Translations under genes and position numbers: made by a program
In this document: positions 1-13,890 of the stretch, in pieces
Layout of the letters: each line of letters begins with the position of its first letter
Numbering within the stretch: position 1 is the first letter of the stretch
Assembly: GCA_034780895.1 (NCBI GenBank)
Contig: JAUZTB010000127.1
Location: forward strand, 29,771,807-29,835,806
Source: Rhynchobatus australiae
Lineage: Eukaryota
DNA: 64,000 nucleotides
Direction of reading: 5' to 3'
The notes under the pieces: generated by a model
What the model was told of the DNA's origin: nothing
What the model saw: the letters and a program-made list of their open reading frames with translations, nothing else
The model's database searches: none

Positions 1-1156
1 AAGACATTATATATTAAGTTCCACGGAATTAAATCCAAAGATTTGAAGACCTATTGACATTGACTTCCTATGGGCAGGTTCCAACAATTTACTATAAAGG
101 GCTAATATTACATTTATATATTGAGTACAATTACTCGTGGTAAATGTTGCCATGTTTTACTGGTGCTGCTACTTCAATTCTCTTGGACGTACTTTAAAAT
201 CACTATTAAAACTGAATTTTAATGTGGTGGTGATTGGTGACACAGGCCCAGCGGGAGTCTCGCCAGGAGCAATTCCAGAGTATACAAAGGGGGCAAGAAT
301 TCATCGGCATAGCAATGGCTTTGGTGTGTGAATTTCGTGCTTTTTCTGTGTAAATCATACACAGTGAAACTGTGTGATCGGCTCAGCCCACTAAATTGGA
401 CCTGACACTCCTGTGCACAGCTTTCGCAAGGACACTGGACCTTTGGCATCCTCTGCATGTCCCAGACATTAGTTTCTCCTGCAAAGTTTCTTTGGAGCAT
501 TTCCAACTGAAATCAGATCATGTTTTCCTGCTTAAGAAAAATTATGGGGTACTCACAGGGAACAAGCCTCTAATAGCACCAGATGTACAACAGCTGGATT
601 ATTTAAAGGGATACTCAGCCACTTTTCACTTTGTTATTACAGAAAATTGAAGGGAGTTGGGATATGAGTGTCTCTGCTACTTCTGTTCAGACACACTGCA
701 TTTTCTCCATTTATTAAATCTTTGCCAAAGGTGCTTCCGAAACAGTTGTGCTGAATGCGCTGAGCTAACTGGAGCTGCAGGAAAGAATTTGCTCCTTTAA
801 AACTTGTCTCAAGAACTCATTGTGTGGCTTGATGAAATAATTTATTTTGTAAAATTTCAGCTGCCTGTGTCAACTGGGCTAAGAGCGAGGCTTTAGCAAT
901 AGGAAGCTGGCCTAATGGGCTTTCTCAACTCCCAGGTGGTCTAAAATAGAAAAGAGGGGGTTTAAAATATCTTGGAGTTTTTTGGGGGGATGAGGACACA
1001 GAAAATAAGAACTGGGAAGGGGTGTTGGAGAAAGTAGAGGGGAGGTTAGGAAAGTGGAGATGGCTGTTACCGCAGATGTCTTATAGAGGGAAAGTACTTA
1101 TNNNNNNNNNNAAGTGCACCATAGATTTAAATGCCTCTCTTGTATCATCACAATTA

Positions 1157-1745
1157 GAACATAAGAAATAGAAGCAGGAATAGGCCATTTGGCCCCTCAC
1201 GCCTGCTCTGCCATCAATAAGATCACAGCTGGTCTTTTACTCAACACCTCTTTCCCCCATTAACCACAAATCTATTGATTTTCTTAATCTCTCAAAGTCT
1301 ATTGATTTCTGTTGTTAATCTACATGGCAACTGAGCACTCTTGGGAAGAGAATTCCAAAGATTCACCATCCTCCGGGTGAAGAAGTTTCTCCCCGCCTGT
1401 CTGAATGTCAGACCCTTTACTTCGAGACTCTGATCCTTGTTTCTAGATATTCCAGCCGGTGAAACATCTACCATCGGCTCCACATCTACCCTGTCAAATG
1501 CTTGAGAATGTTGTGTATTTCAATGAGATCACCTCTCATTCTTCTAAACTCAAGAAAGAGAAGACCCAGTTTTCTCAATCATTCCTCATATAACAAATAT
1601 GCCATCCAATGAATCAATTTATTGAACCTTCACTGAACTTCCTCCATTACATATCTCTTTTTCCTTTATAGATCTGCACACAATATTCCAGATTCAGTCT
1701 TACTGGGTCCCAGCATAACTAGAGCAAGAGATCTCTACTCTTGCA
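1157..1745 (-). mobile_element. CR1-clade LINE 3' fragment
   Basis: Minus ORF fragment RNFFTRRMVNLWNSLP (CR1 ORF2 C-terminus) and a typical CR1 3'UTR end (agaacataagaaatagaagcaggaataggcc). Confidence 0.85.
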
Positions 1746-3064
1746 GTCAAATTGACACAAACAATCCCAGTTCAGACTTACTGGACTGGCATAAACAAAT
1801 CCACCCACATATTGAATGAGTTACTACAACACAAATTGTCTGAATTATCTTCTGCTTTTTTAGCAGTAACCATTGTGCACTTTTGTGGCTGCTACACTGT
1901 CCAAAAACACAACACTGACCTCTATAGTGCTCGCTGTGTCCTGATAAAGTGTTGTGCGGTAGATAAACGCTTTCATTTTCAGCACACCTTATCACATCTC
2001 TGCAGAAGATGCCTCAAAGCATTTCACACATGGTGAATTACTTTGAATTGCCACATTAATACACCCTAAACAAGATTAGGTTATCAGGCCATATGCATTA
2101 GACCATCCTTTCGCTGATTGCAATCTATTGAACAGCCCCAACTTCTCCCACATCCTGGGAGGGGCAAAATGTAACTGATGCCTGTAACTATTTCATGAGC
2201 TATCTGTCAGAAACAGAGTTAGTTGTTTCATTGTAGCAATCTCATCTCTAATTGAGAAGGTTGTAGTTTTGAGCTCAGCTGAGGGATTGTGGATGTACAC
2301 TTAAATTTCAGTGTGTATCAAGATACAATTTAATTGTTAAGGATGCCATCTCTTGGATGAAGCACTTGTTTTTCCATATTTTCCCAAAGAAATGCTGGCA
2401 GTTCTGTGTGTAACTGCTGGGATTTCCTCAAGGAACTGCATGATGTTCAGGACTTCCATGTCAGCATGCACGCGTGACAGGTTCTCACCACTGAATTCTT
2501 CACTGTTGTCTATAGCTTGACTCCTCACAGTAGAGAGCCAAATTCCTGCTGTTTGTCAGTTCTTATGCAGGTTAGATCGGGTACATCTTCAGTGTTTCTA
2601 TTCACTTCATTGGAGTAGAATGGCTGCAGTGGACAGAGAAATGTTTTAGACAATTTATAGTATTTTAAATAAATTGACTATAAAAGTCTAATTATTTTTA
2701 AGTGTGTGTTAATATGTTTATTTTAATTTTTGAAGAGTTTTAAGTATTTTTAGTTTATAATAATTTTTGGAAGTCAGGTATTCAAAAATATCCATTCTGA
2801 TTGACAGTTGATTCAGCCTGAGGGTGTGGCTTAAATAGTTGTCGTGGCATTTTGAGGGATCTGTGGGTAGAGAGCACAGTGCTGTGCCGGCTCTCACCAT
2901 TCAGGTCAGAGCCAGCTGCAGGAAGTTGCTGCTGGAAGATCCACTCCAGGTCAGTGTAGGAGGAGCAGTTAAGGGAACGGCAAGTGCAAAGGATCTTGCT
3001 GCCCCCCCACAAAGTTCCAGACCCTTGTCGAGGGATCTTGTTCTGTGAAAATTGGCTGATGTCA

Positions 3065-4790
3065 TTAGAGCATCACAGCATGGAAACAGCCCCCTTTGGC
3101 CCATCTAGTCCATGCTGGCCTGGTTTTCTGCCTAGTCCCATCTACCTGCACCCAGATCATTGCCCTCCATACCTCTCATCCATGCACCTATCNNNNNNNN
3201 NNNNNNNNNNNNNNNNNNNNNNNNNNNNNNNNNNNNNNNNNNNNNNNNNNNNNNNNNNNNNNNNNNNNNNNNNNNNNNNNNNNNNNNNNNNNCCAAACTT
3301 TTCTGAAATGTTACAATTGAACCAGTATCCACCACTTCCACTGGCAGCACATTCCACACTCGCACCACCCTCTGAGTGAAGTAGCTCCCCCTCAGATTTC
3401 CCCTTAAATATTTGACCTTTTTCACCCTGAACCTATGACCTCTACTTCTAATCTCACCCAGCCTGAAAGGAAAAAGCCTGCATGCATTCACCCTGTCATA
3501 ATTTTGTATACTTCTATAAGATCTCCCCTCAGTCTCCTGTACTTCAGGGAATAAAATCCTAACATATTCAACCTTTCCCTGTAACTCAGGTCCCGGCAAC
3601 ATCCATGTAAATTTTCTCTGCACTCTTTCAAGCATATTGATATCTTTCCTGTAGGTAGATGACCAGAACTGCACACAGTACTCAGTGTAGGCCTCACCAG
3701 TGTTTTATACAACTTCGACATAACATCCCAACTCCTGTACTCTATGCCCCGATTTATGAAGGTCGATGTGCCAACTTTACGACCCTATCTACCAGGTTCC
3801 TTTGTTCTACTGCACACTTCAGTGCTCTACCATTCACTGTGTAAGTCTTAACCTGGTTTGACCTCCTAAAGTGCATCTCCTCACAGTTGTCTGCATTAAA
3901 TTCCATCTGTCATTTTTCAACCCATTTTTCCCAGCTGGTCCAGATCACTTTGCAAGCATTGATAGCCTTCCTCGCTGTCCACTATGCTCCCAATTTTGGT
4001 GTCATCTGCAAATTTGCAGATCCAGTTTACCACATTTAAATCATTAATATAGATGATAAACAACAACAGGCAGCATCCCTGCAGCACCCCACTAATCACC
4101 ACTAGCCCCGATCCCTGCAGCACACCACTAGTCACAAGCCTCCAGTCGGAGAGACAACCATCTGCTACCACTCTCTGGCTTCATCTGCTAAGGCAACATT
4201 GAATCCAATTGACTACTTCACCCTAACTGTCTGCTATCTGTCTACAAATTTGCTGCTCTAAATCCTAGGAGGTCTATAGTGTAGTCCCATTAACGTGGTC
4301 ATCCCTTTTTTATTCCTCAGTTTCACCCAAATTGCTTTGGTGGTTGAGCCCTCTAGTATGTCCTCTCTGAGCATTGCCCTGACATTTTCCCTGATGAGTA
4401 ATGCCACCCCTCCCCCTTTAATACCTTCCTCTCTATCATGTCTAAGACAGTAGAAACCTGAAACATTGAGCTGCCAGTCCTGCCCCTCCTGCAACCAAGT
4501 CTCAATAATGGTTACAACATCTTGTCTCAGGTAGTAGTCCTGACATCACCACCCTGGAGGTCCTATCTTTTAACTTAGCACCTAACTCCCTGAATTCACT
4601 TTGCGGGACTTTGTCACTTTTCCTACCTATGTCATTGGTACCAATGTGTACCATGACCTCTGCCTGCTCACCCTCCCACTTAAGAATGCTACGGACTTGA
4701 TCCAAGACATCTCTGACCCTGGCATCTGGGAGGCAACATACCATCTGAGAGTCTTGATCCTGTCCACAGAACCTCCTGTCTGCTCCACTA
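3065..4790 (-). mobile_element. CR1/HER1-type LINE, internally deleted, with ORF1 esterase, APE endonuclease and RT remnants
   Basis: Minus-strand pieces: ORF1 SGNH-like VMVHIGTNDIG (4502-4744), APE GGGVALLI...YRPP (4258-4494), RT VTSGVLQGS/FIIYINDL/KFADDTK (3917-4171), C-terminal VQFWS.TYRKD...FTQRVVRVWN and 3'UTR. Confidence 0.9.
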
Positions 4791-5334
4791 CTGATGAATC
4801 AGCTATTAACTACCACTTGCCTCTTCTCCCCCGTGTTTTCCATCATTCCATTACCCCAAATTGGGACTAATAGAATTAAACATTGGAAGGAGAATGTGTT
4901 CAGGAGACAAAACAACAGCATAATCCAGCAACTAAAGACAAACCTTCACTCCACAGTACCCTCCAGTATGTAATATTGCACATCATCAACAATAGGACCA
5001 GAAGTTCTTTGCGTAAGAGTGCTATGGGATTATTGGCCTACTACAGAAACTTGATTTAACACCTTACAGCTGGCAATGAAACTGGTTTGACCTTGAGCAC
5101 TGATCCACAACAGAGATGGAAATTCTTGAGCCTGCAGCTTGTGATTGTTCATCTGTTGAGTTTCAGTGGAGGAGACTGGAGTGATTGTCCCACTCTGGAA
5201 GCAATGATTTGTATTTTATAACAGCCAGTTAACACATTTCTCGTTTACGTATTTAACTGGGATAAATGCCTGACCTTTTTACCTCAGAAGTGAGAATGCC
5301 ACAAAATGAACCACACTGGCTTCATAAGGCTTGT

Positions 5335-5652
5335 CAGTCTCTTTGCCTGAGGTGTTAAACCAAAGTCACATCTGCTTAATCAGGTGGACATAAAGGCTCC
5401 TAAAGCAAGATTCTGACATTACCCAGGATGCAATGGCCAATGCTCATTCCTTAACTAATATGACTGGAGCAGAATACCTTGTCATTATCACACTGCTGTT
5501 TGTTGGAGCTTACTAAATACAAATTGGCTGCTATGCTGCCTATACTCCTACTGTGATTGTACTTGTAAAGTCTTTAATTGGTTCCAAGATATCTTGGGAC
5601 ATCTTGAGACTGTGAAAGATGCCACAGAAATACAAATCTTTCTTCTTTCTTT
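5335..5652 (+). mobile_element. DeuSINE-type SINE (SacSINE1/AmnSINE1-like), 5'-truncated
   Basis: gtgttaaacc...caggtggacataaa...gtcattatcacactgctgtttg...aaattggctgct..., ending in a (cttt)-rich tail; resembles the recalled Deu-domain consensus. Confidence 0.7.
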
Positions 5653-7112
5653 TAATAACAATATAAATGACCAACAATTCATCCTTGGTTGGTAGTGCTG
5701 AACACACCATCCATCAGTACACTAGTCTTCACCTGAAATTCATTCCTTTGATGTCAATGGAATGAACCTTTGGTGGTCGAGTCAAATGGCTGTTACTAAT
5801 TTGGAGTGAACCTTTAGGCATAAGTTTCAGTTTCAATTCTGCCACAATACTTATTATTTTGGCTAAATTCTATTAATGTTAGTCTAAACATACAATATTA
5901 AATATACAATGCTGCAATCTGCAAAAAGTACCTTTCTTGATCGTATTGTATCACAAGAAATGCCTAAAGAAGGTTAGTGGATGTGAGTACTTGTGAATAA
6001 TGCAGAAAGTGGATGGGAATGCCAGCTTGTTGTCCTTGTATAGTGGATATTTCCTACCGTTATGGGCAGGAGTGAGGAGCTAAAGGAAACAGGATGAAAA
6101 TATATGGATATTGGTGAATGAGTTCAAGACCAGGAGTGATCCCAGAATTCAATGATAGCCTTGATCTGAAATACTAATTCTCAATCGAGATTAAATTGGT
6201 TTATTATACACCAGGGGGCAATGAAATTCCTTGTTAGCATGCAGCTCACAGAGTAAACAATATTCATGGTAATAATAAATGCACCATTAAATACAACAGC
6301 AAGCACAACACAGCAGAAAGGTGCAAAGATTGTAGTACAATCGCAAGTGGTGCAAAAAATAATAAAGTGACAATAGCAGAATAACCAAGAGAGGTGGAGG
6401 TAAGAGTCCGAGAATGGGAAGGGGGTGTGAGAGACTCCCTAATTAGATGATAATTTCCAGTTCAGTCCAGTCCAAAGATTCCCAGTTCTGCCTGTATGTA
6501 GTACTAAAAATAAATAATCAGCTATAATTTGGCTTGAGAACAAATTGTTCTAATCAAAGCACAGTATATCTCATAGTAATTAGTGTTTTACCATGATCTA
6601 CCAATTAATGATTTAGATCATGTAAAAGCACCCTTTTGTTTCTTAGTTCACCTTATTGGCAGTGAAACAATGGATCTGCTGTGACAGTGCTGCCATTACA
6701 TTGCTGCTGTGTTTTGTGACTGATTCCCAGGCATTGCCTTCTTTCTTTATGAGACTGTCCAGGCTGGCCGTGGATGTGCATTCGCAGTCTGTCAACAGTT
6801 TTCTTTCATTAAGTCTTCCAATAGAAACTGAGCAATTGTGTGAAGCCCTGAGCAAATAATGCTCCCCATAGATACACTCAAATAGCCTCACAATCAGTTT
6901 GTTTCAGTCCGTGAAAACAAGATCCATTTGTGTATTTGCAAGGGATTGTTCATCCCTTTTAGTTCAATCAAAGTATTTGTAAATATGTTGATTCTGATTT
7001 TGAATCTCTTTGATTTGTGCTACTATATCTTGAAGGAGAAAATAATTTTCATGCAAAGCTTCATGGTTGAATTAGTTTAAGTCATAATTTGGTTTCAGTC
7101 AAAACAAAACTT

Positions 7113-8165
7113 AAAACATAAAAGCACAGTACAGGCCCTTCAGCCCACAATGTTGTGTTGACATTTTATCCTGCTCTAAGATCCATCTAACCCTTACCTC
7201 CCAAGTAGCCCCCTATTTTTCTATCATTTATGTGGCTATCTAAGAGTCCCCAATGTATCTGCCCTCACAACCTCTGCCGGCAGTGTGTTCCACGCACCCG
7301 CCACACTGTGTAAAAAAACTTTACCTCTGACATCCTCCTTATACCTTCCTCCAATCACCTTATAATTATGCCCCCTCGTGTTAGCCATTTTCTCCCTGGG
7401 AGAAAGGTCTCTGGCTGTCCACTCAATGTATGCCTCATCATCTTGTACACCTCTGTCAGGTCACCTCTCATCCTCCTTCTCTCCAAAGAGAAAAGCCCTA
7501 GCTCCCTCAACCTGTCCTCATAAGACATGCTCTCTGATCCAGGCAGCATCTTGGTAAATCTCTTCTGCACCCCCTCCAAAGCTTCCACATCCTTCCTATA
7601 ATGAGGCAACCAGAACTGAACACAATACTCCAAGTGTGGTCTAACCAGAGNNNNNNNNNNNNNNNNNNNNNNNNNNNNNNNNNNNNNNNNNNNNNNNNNN
7701 NNNNNNNNNNNNNNNNNNNNNNNNNNNNNNNNNNNNNNNNNNNNNNNNNNNNNNNNNNNNNNNNNNNNNNNNNNNNNNNNNNNNNNNNNNNNNNNNNNNN
7801 NNNNNNNNNNNNNNNNNNNNNNNNNNNNNNNNNNNNNNNNNNNNNNNNNNNNNNNNNNNNNNNNNNNNNNNNNNNNNNNNNNNNNNNNNNNNNNTGAACT
7901 CCATCTGCCACTTCTCAGCCCAGGTCTGCATCCTATCAATGTCCTGTTGTAATCTACAGCAACCTTCTACATTATCTACACTGCCAACATTTGTGTCATC
8001 AGCAAACTTACTAACCCACCCTTCCACATCCTCATCCAAGTCATTTATAAAAATTACATAGAGCAGGGATCCCAGAACAGATCCCTGCAGAACACTACTG
8101 GCCACCGACCTCCAGACAGAATGTGCTCCATCTATCACCACCCTCTGTCTTCTTTGGGCAAGCAT
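7113..8165 (-). mobile_element. CR1-clade LINE 3' part (contains gap)
   Basis: RT motifs SSVLQGSVLG, FINDLD, SKFADDT, LVRPHLEYCVQFW on minus strand. Confidence 0.92.
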
Positions 8166-8299
8166 GGGAAAATGGCTCGTAATTTCAGACTAGTATCCTA
8201 TTTTAATAAAAGAATTAAATAAGTGAGATTCGGCAAAAGGAACCAGAAACTTATTTAAAATGGGCTTTGGTTTGTAATGAACTTGAGTAATATTTGCTT

Positions 8300-8710
8300 C
8301 CTGGGCTTCAAAGGATCAAATTGTGACAACATATTACATAGATTATACTTGCATTCTCTTGACTAGAAGGTGAAGAGTTGATTGAATCAAGGTTTTTAAA
8401 ATGAGTAAAGGAGCTGCCAGAAAGAAACTCTCAATTGTGGGAGTGTAGTGAGATGAGGGCGTTCACCCAAAAATTAGAGCTGTACTGTTCAGATAGGTAA
8501 CTAAGATCCATGAACCTCTGTCCATCCAACTCGGTCCACCTCTCAAAAGGGCTGCTGAGACAAGCTTAATTGAACATATCAAAACTGGAACTGACAGATT
8601 TTTGTTTGGCCAGGATATTAAATGAACTGAAACAGATGTAGTTACACTGCAGATCTAATTGAATAGCAGCATAGGTTTAAAGGTGTGAATAGCCTGATAC
8701 CACATTCCTT
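8300..8710 (+). mobile_element. Old decayed CR1 3' end
   Basis: Degenerate match to CR1 ORF2 C-terminus and 3'UTR (...aggtgtgaatagcctg). Confidence 0.5.
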
Positions 8711-9739
8711 TTATTCAACTATTACAATGAATGCCGAAGTATAACAACAGCAGAAATATAATACAATAAACTGGATTTTTTTTCTATAAAATTTATAATC
8801 AATATATTTATGTTAATCTTGGCTATTGGTCAACAGATTATTCAAGCATCATCTAATACATCCAAGATGATAATGTTTGGGTATTGTACACTGAGGTCTA
8901 CCTTTACTCAAGGAAGCCTTCTCCATTAAGAATCTGTACATTCTGGGGATGGGTGGGGGAAGTGCAAAATTTGGGATAGGAGTTTGTTTGAAGTTGGGGG
9001 GGTGGTGGAAGGGTTGGGTTGCAGAAACTTAATGATGCAGAATGATAATGAGGAGCCATTTGTTGTACTTATTAATATGATTTCAGNNNNNNNNNNNNNN
9101 NNNNNNNNNNNNNNNNNNNNNNNNNNNNNNNNNNNNNNNNNNNNNNNNNNNNNNNNNNNNNNNNNNNNNNNNNNNNNNNNNNNNNNNNNNNNNNNNNNNN
9201 NNNNNNNNNNNNNNNNNNNNNNNNNNNNNNNNNNNNNNNNNNNNNNNNNNNNNNNNNNNNNNNNNNNNNNNNNNNNNNNNNNNNNNNNNNNNNNNNNNNN
9301 NNNNNNNNNNNNNNNNNNNNNNNNNNNNNNNNNNNNNNNNNNNNNNNNNNNNNNNNNNNNNNNNNNNNNNNNNNNNNNNNNNNNNNNNNNNNNNNNNNNN
9401 NNNNNNNNNNNNNNNNNNNNNNNNNNNNNNNNNNNNNNNNNNNNNNNNNNNNNNNNNNNNNNNNNNNNNNNNNNNNNNNNNNNNNNNNNNNNNNNNNNNN
9501 NNNNNNNNNNNNNNNNNNNNNNNNNNNNNNNNNNNNNNNNNNNNNNNNNNNNNNNNNNNNNNNNNNNNNNNNNNNNNNNNNNNNNNNNNNNNNNNNNNNN
9601 NNNNNNNNNNNNNNNNNNNNNNNNNNNNNNNNNNNGAAGATAATTCTCAGAAGTTTTTTGACCTTCCCATAAGGGGAACAATGGTGGCTCTTTCTTAATA
9701 TTAGGATGATTTTTGTGAAAAAGAACTATTTGGATATAA

Positions 9740-10010
9740 GCTCCCTGTAACCTCCAGAGCTACAACCTCTTGAAATCTCCAAGTTCCTTCAATTCTGATA
9801 CCTTCATGATTTTAACTGCTTCTGTCACTGGTGTCCATGCCTCACTTTGGGATTTCCTCTATAAAACACTCCACTTTTGCCTCCTTTAAGAAATACCTCA
9901 AAATCAAACTCTAACCAAACTTTTACTGGCGTGCCTCAGTATCTTTTTGTTTGATAATCTTGGGGTGCTTTAGAAAATCAACTGCATAAATGCAAATTGT
10001 CATTGATGTT
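9740..10010 (+). mobile_element. L2-like LINE 3' end, decayed
   Basis: ctccctgtaacctccag...cctcctttaag...ataaatgcaaattgt; similar to copies at 54280-54550 and 61140-61745. Confidence 0.5.
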
Positions 10011-13000
10011 CCTTAACTTCAACTGCTGAAATTTCTGGATTCATCCTTTTGTAAATTAAACTTAAGTCCCTTAATTATAATAATCAGGCTTGTGGTAATA
10101 ATCATGAAACACAGAAAAGACGCTTACTAATTTGAACAGTATAAATCCAAAACTTCAGTTCGTCCAGAGTAATGAACATTTTGATAGCTTTATCATTCGA
10201 GTAAAAGAATACAACTATTCCAGGTCGATCCACAAATCACTTAATTTCAGATGCTTTTGAAGTACCTTCTTGGAAAACATCAGAACAGTCCAGATCTGTG
10301 CCCTTGTTCAGAGTATTTGAAAAAGCCTGCCCATTTTTTAATTTCAAAAGTATACTTTACTAATAAAAGTATGTGTACAGGAAATACAGTAAACTGTGTA
10401 CAATGCACATTTTTCTTTACTTTCAATTTATTCATCTTGCCCTGTAGAGGACATAAAAATAAAGCTCCTTTGAAGATAGTGAAATCAGTTTCACAGCCAT
10501 AATTATCCCTTAATGGACCATCCTTGTGTGATTTTCAGTACTCTACAAATGTTGCCCATTAAAACAGAAAGCAGCTGTGCTGAGGAATGTTGTGAACAGG
10601 AAGACACATCCTTAGCAACAATAAATACAGATGAATGTTTTTCCAGCCATTGTTCTAACTTTGTTTGTATAGTTCTTCCTTGAAAGTGTTTATGTTCAGC
10701 TTTCTGTGCAGTTTACCATAAATTCAGGGAAGTTTAGCCTAAAGTTACTGTAATTTCCATTGGTAATTTGCAGCCAACTAAAACACAATGTGGATATTAA
10801 CTCTTTGTTGGGGAGCTCTCATCATGAGGACTAATTAGCTACAAATTCTGTAGGGCAGATAGCAGAGTTGGCAAAATCTAAAGTAAAAGGTAAAGTACTG
10901 ATCTGTTGCTGCATCTTGATAATTCAACTGAAATTTACAATCTCAATCAGCAAAGACCATTGACGCATTCACGTTTACTATACCCCACCCCTAATCGAAC
11001 ATTGAGTCTCTCCAGAACCCTCTGATCTCTATCCCTATCCTGAACTTCTTGCAAATCCCTCCCCCACTGACAAAAGAGATGGTATCCAACACCTTTTCCA
11101 CTTAGCCTTCACAGGGAGCTAATCTAACCAGACTGCAAGGTGGTGTCTGTGACCTCAGTCTGTGACCTCAGGCTCACAGAGGTGCCTAAACTGCTTTCTT
11201 ACCCAGGACCCTTCTGGGTTGTATCTGTTGATAAGTGCTCCATGTGACACACTACTGCTCAGTGCTGCATTGCAGAAGTCAAGAAAACCTCAATCTTCCT
11301 GGCACTTTCGGTTCATGCAACTGTCGTCTTCAGGACTGGCAGGGTACTTTGCTACTTTGCTGCTTTGCAGGGTTCTCCAAAAATGGAGGCAGTCAGAGAG
11401 GGCACTAAATACCTCTGGCAACTTCCAGCCAGAAATGCCCTTGCACAAGAAGATGCAGTCTGCACACACTGACCTTCAGCAGCCTGAGCAGGTTTTCCTG
11501 CTCCTGGTAGGACCTTTCATTCACGTCCCATTACTCAAGGTTGCATTTGTTCCTTATCAACATTCCCCTGTAATATGAAGATTGCAGCTTGTACTGTGGT
11601 ATGATCCTTTAAAGGCTACTTCGCGAGGTCATAACTGCGAGGATACATGCTAGCAGCATGAGAAATCCTACTAATAATTCCTGAAACAAAATAGTGTTGC
11701 AATAATGATTTTTGCAATCTTTGTAGAGCTCTTCAAAATAGCATGAGGGAAGTTGTTGATGTTATTTAAATACTGGAAACCTGGCTCAGAATGGATCTTT
11801 TTATACTTGATTTAAGAAGTTAAGTGAGATGATTATGATATTCAGGCTATAAAAGATGCAGTAAAGTAACTTGAAAATAAATTATTGGTTGCAAGGCTGT
11901 CTCACAGACTCGCACACAAATTTAATCAAAGTTGTTTTGGGTAACTGTGACTCAGGCAATGGACTGATAGTCATGAACTGAAGATTACAGTTAAAGAACT
12001 GATGGGGTGCTTTAGGGGATTTCCTTTTACAGAAGGAGTTAAAAGGGGCCATCAGTGCCCTAATGGAACAAGTGATGGAATTGGAATCATAATGGAAATG
12101 GGAAAAATACTCAGTACTGTATAATTGTACCAGTTATGGAGGAAACAAGTAGAATAGGACTAAGTGAGGTTGTTGTTTTGAGAGATGACCCAGTGGCTTC
12201 CTCGTGTTGCAAAATTCTATGAATCCATACAGAAAGTATCTATTGTTAAAAGTAAATGAAAAGTTACTGTGTTCTTCCATTCCTCCTTTCAGCATAATGC
12301 AGTAGCATTCAGTCGGAGTCACAATGACCTGAAACAACTTTGATTAGGTTTGTCAATAAATTTGCGAGACAGGCTTATCTAATCTCCTTTCACACTAAAA
12401 CCTTACTCCCAGCTTGCCAAAATTTACACTTTTCATTACGCAAACCTATTGGTGTAGTATGGATTCTAGTGACGCAAAAATGTATTTGAATGTATGTTCA
12501 CTGGAATCAGTTCTCAGTGTCAACGGGTGTGCTGATTACATCTAAAAGGGCATATGGTTTAAAATAATGAACACTTTGTTTTCCTTTCATTCATCACTTT
12601 GCCCCAGCATTTAATTCTACCAGCAATCTCTTTGACTTTAAAAACATTTCACTGAATGCCAGTGATTGTGTTTATTGGATAGTGGGTGTTTGATTACTCT
12701 GGTTTTAGCATGTTTAAGCTTGCCCTCCTTTTGATTTTACAGTTAAAATAATCATACACTGAAGTAATAAGGCAATGAATTATAAACAGGTTTCTTCAAA
12801 GTAATTTATGAAGCTTTATTACCTTTGCACAAACATGAGCCTTCATTATTATTCTATTGTTCACCTGTCCTCAGTGATTGAACAACATCTTGTGTAATTT
12901 TTCAATGTGTAAAGCCTATAAATTTTATCGTTGTTTGAACCTCAATATATAATCAGATTTTATGGAATCTTTGGAGTTAAATTATGAGCTCAAGTTTCTT

Positions 13001-13783
13001 AATTCAAGCCACTGTCTTCCCTTGCCACGCTCCCTGGTTCCATGCATCATTCCTCGGCTAGAGGGCAGGCAGACTATATAATTCTTGCTGTCATGGATCT
13101 GCAGTGTGGCTTTGGAACTGTTGCAAAAGCTGCCAAGCCACAAGAGTTTTAAAACCAAGTCCTGACCAAACCTCAGAGGTTCTGGCAATGCAAAATATAA
13201 ATTACCAGCAGAGGGACTGATGCAAAGTAATCCATAAAAGGGAAAAGTAGTCCACGTAAAAAAATGTAATTTCAAATGTTGAATCACATCAAGATAGTTC
13301 AGATGTAGCAACTCTATATGTAGCAACAAACATATCTCAAATTGGAAGGAATCAGAAAAGAACGAAGATTGACAGGGAGAGACAGTTTAATTGAGATCCA
13401 TTAAGCGTTGTGGCAATACAATAAGTGAAGTAATTTGGCACGATTCATTGTTCAGCAAGGCATGATGCTTGCCCTGCTGAACCCAATTTGGTTTTTAATT
13501 TGGTTAAATGTAGAACCCCGGGGAGATTGGACAATATGGAGCTGCTACGGTAGTCATTAAAGAGTAATTTGGCTTACATGTCCCCAGCACCTCCAGTGGG
13601 GTGTTAATTGGTCCCTGCGCAGCACACCAGTGGTAATTTTACTTGTGGATCTGCTGTTTGGAAACTCATTAGTACCTAGGGTGNNNNNNNNNNNNNNNNN
13701 NNNNNNNNNNNNNNNNNNNNNNNNNNNNNNNNNNNNNNNNNNNNNNNNNNNNNNNNNNNNNNNNNNNNNNNNNNNNNNNNNNN

Positions 13784-13890
13784 CAGTCCTAGCCTATCCA
13801 GTTGCTCTTTATAACTTAAACACTCCAGTCCCAGTAACATCCTTGTGAACCTTGTCTGCACCTTCTCTTGTTTAATCACATCTTTCCATC
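13784..13890 (-). mobile_element. CR1 LINE fragment adjacent to gap
   Basis: EKVQTRFTRMLLGLECLSYKEQLDRLGL, a CR1 ORF2 C-terminal motif. Confidence 0.85.

Noticed and set aside
219-650. Overlapping ORFs of 84-95 aa near the window start
   Set aside because: No recognisable motif or splice support, and no match to the KIF19 N-terminus.
13450-13482. 13-bp stem hairpin GTTCAGCAAGGCA...TGCCCTGCTGAAC
   Set aside because: Too short for a pre-miRNA, has no known RNA motif, and is compatible with chance.
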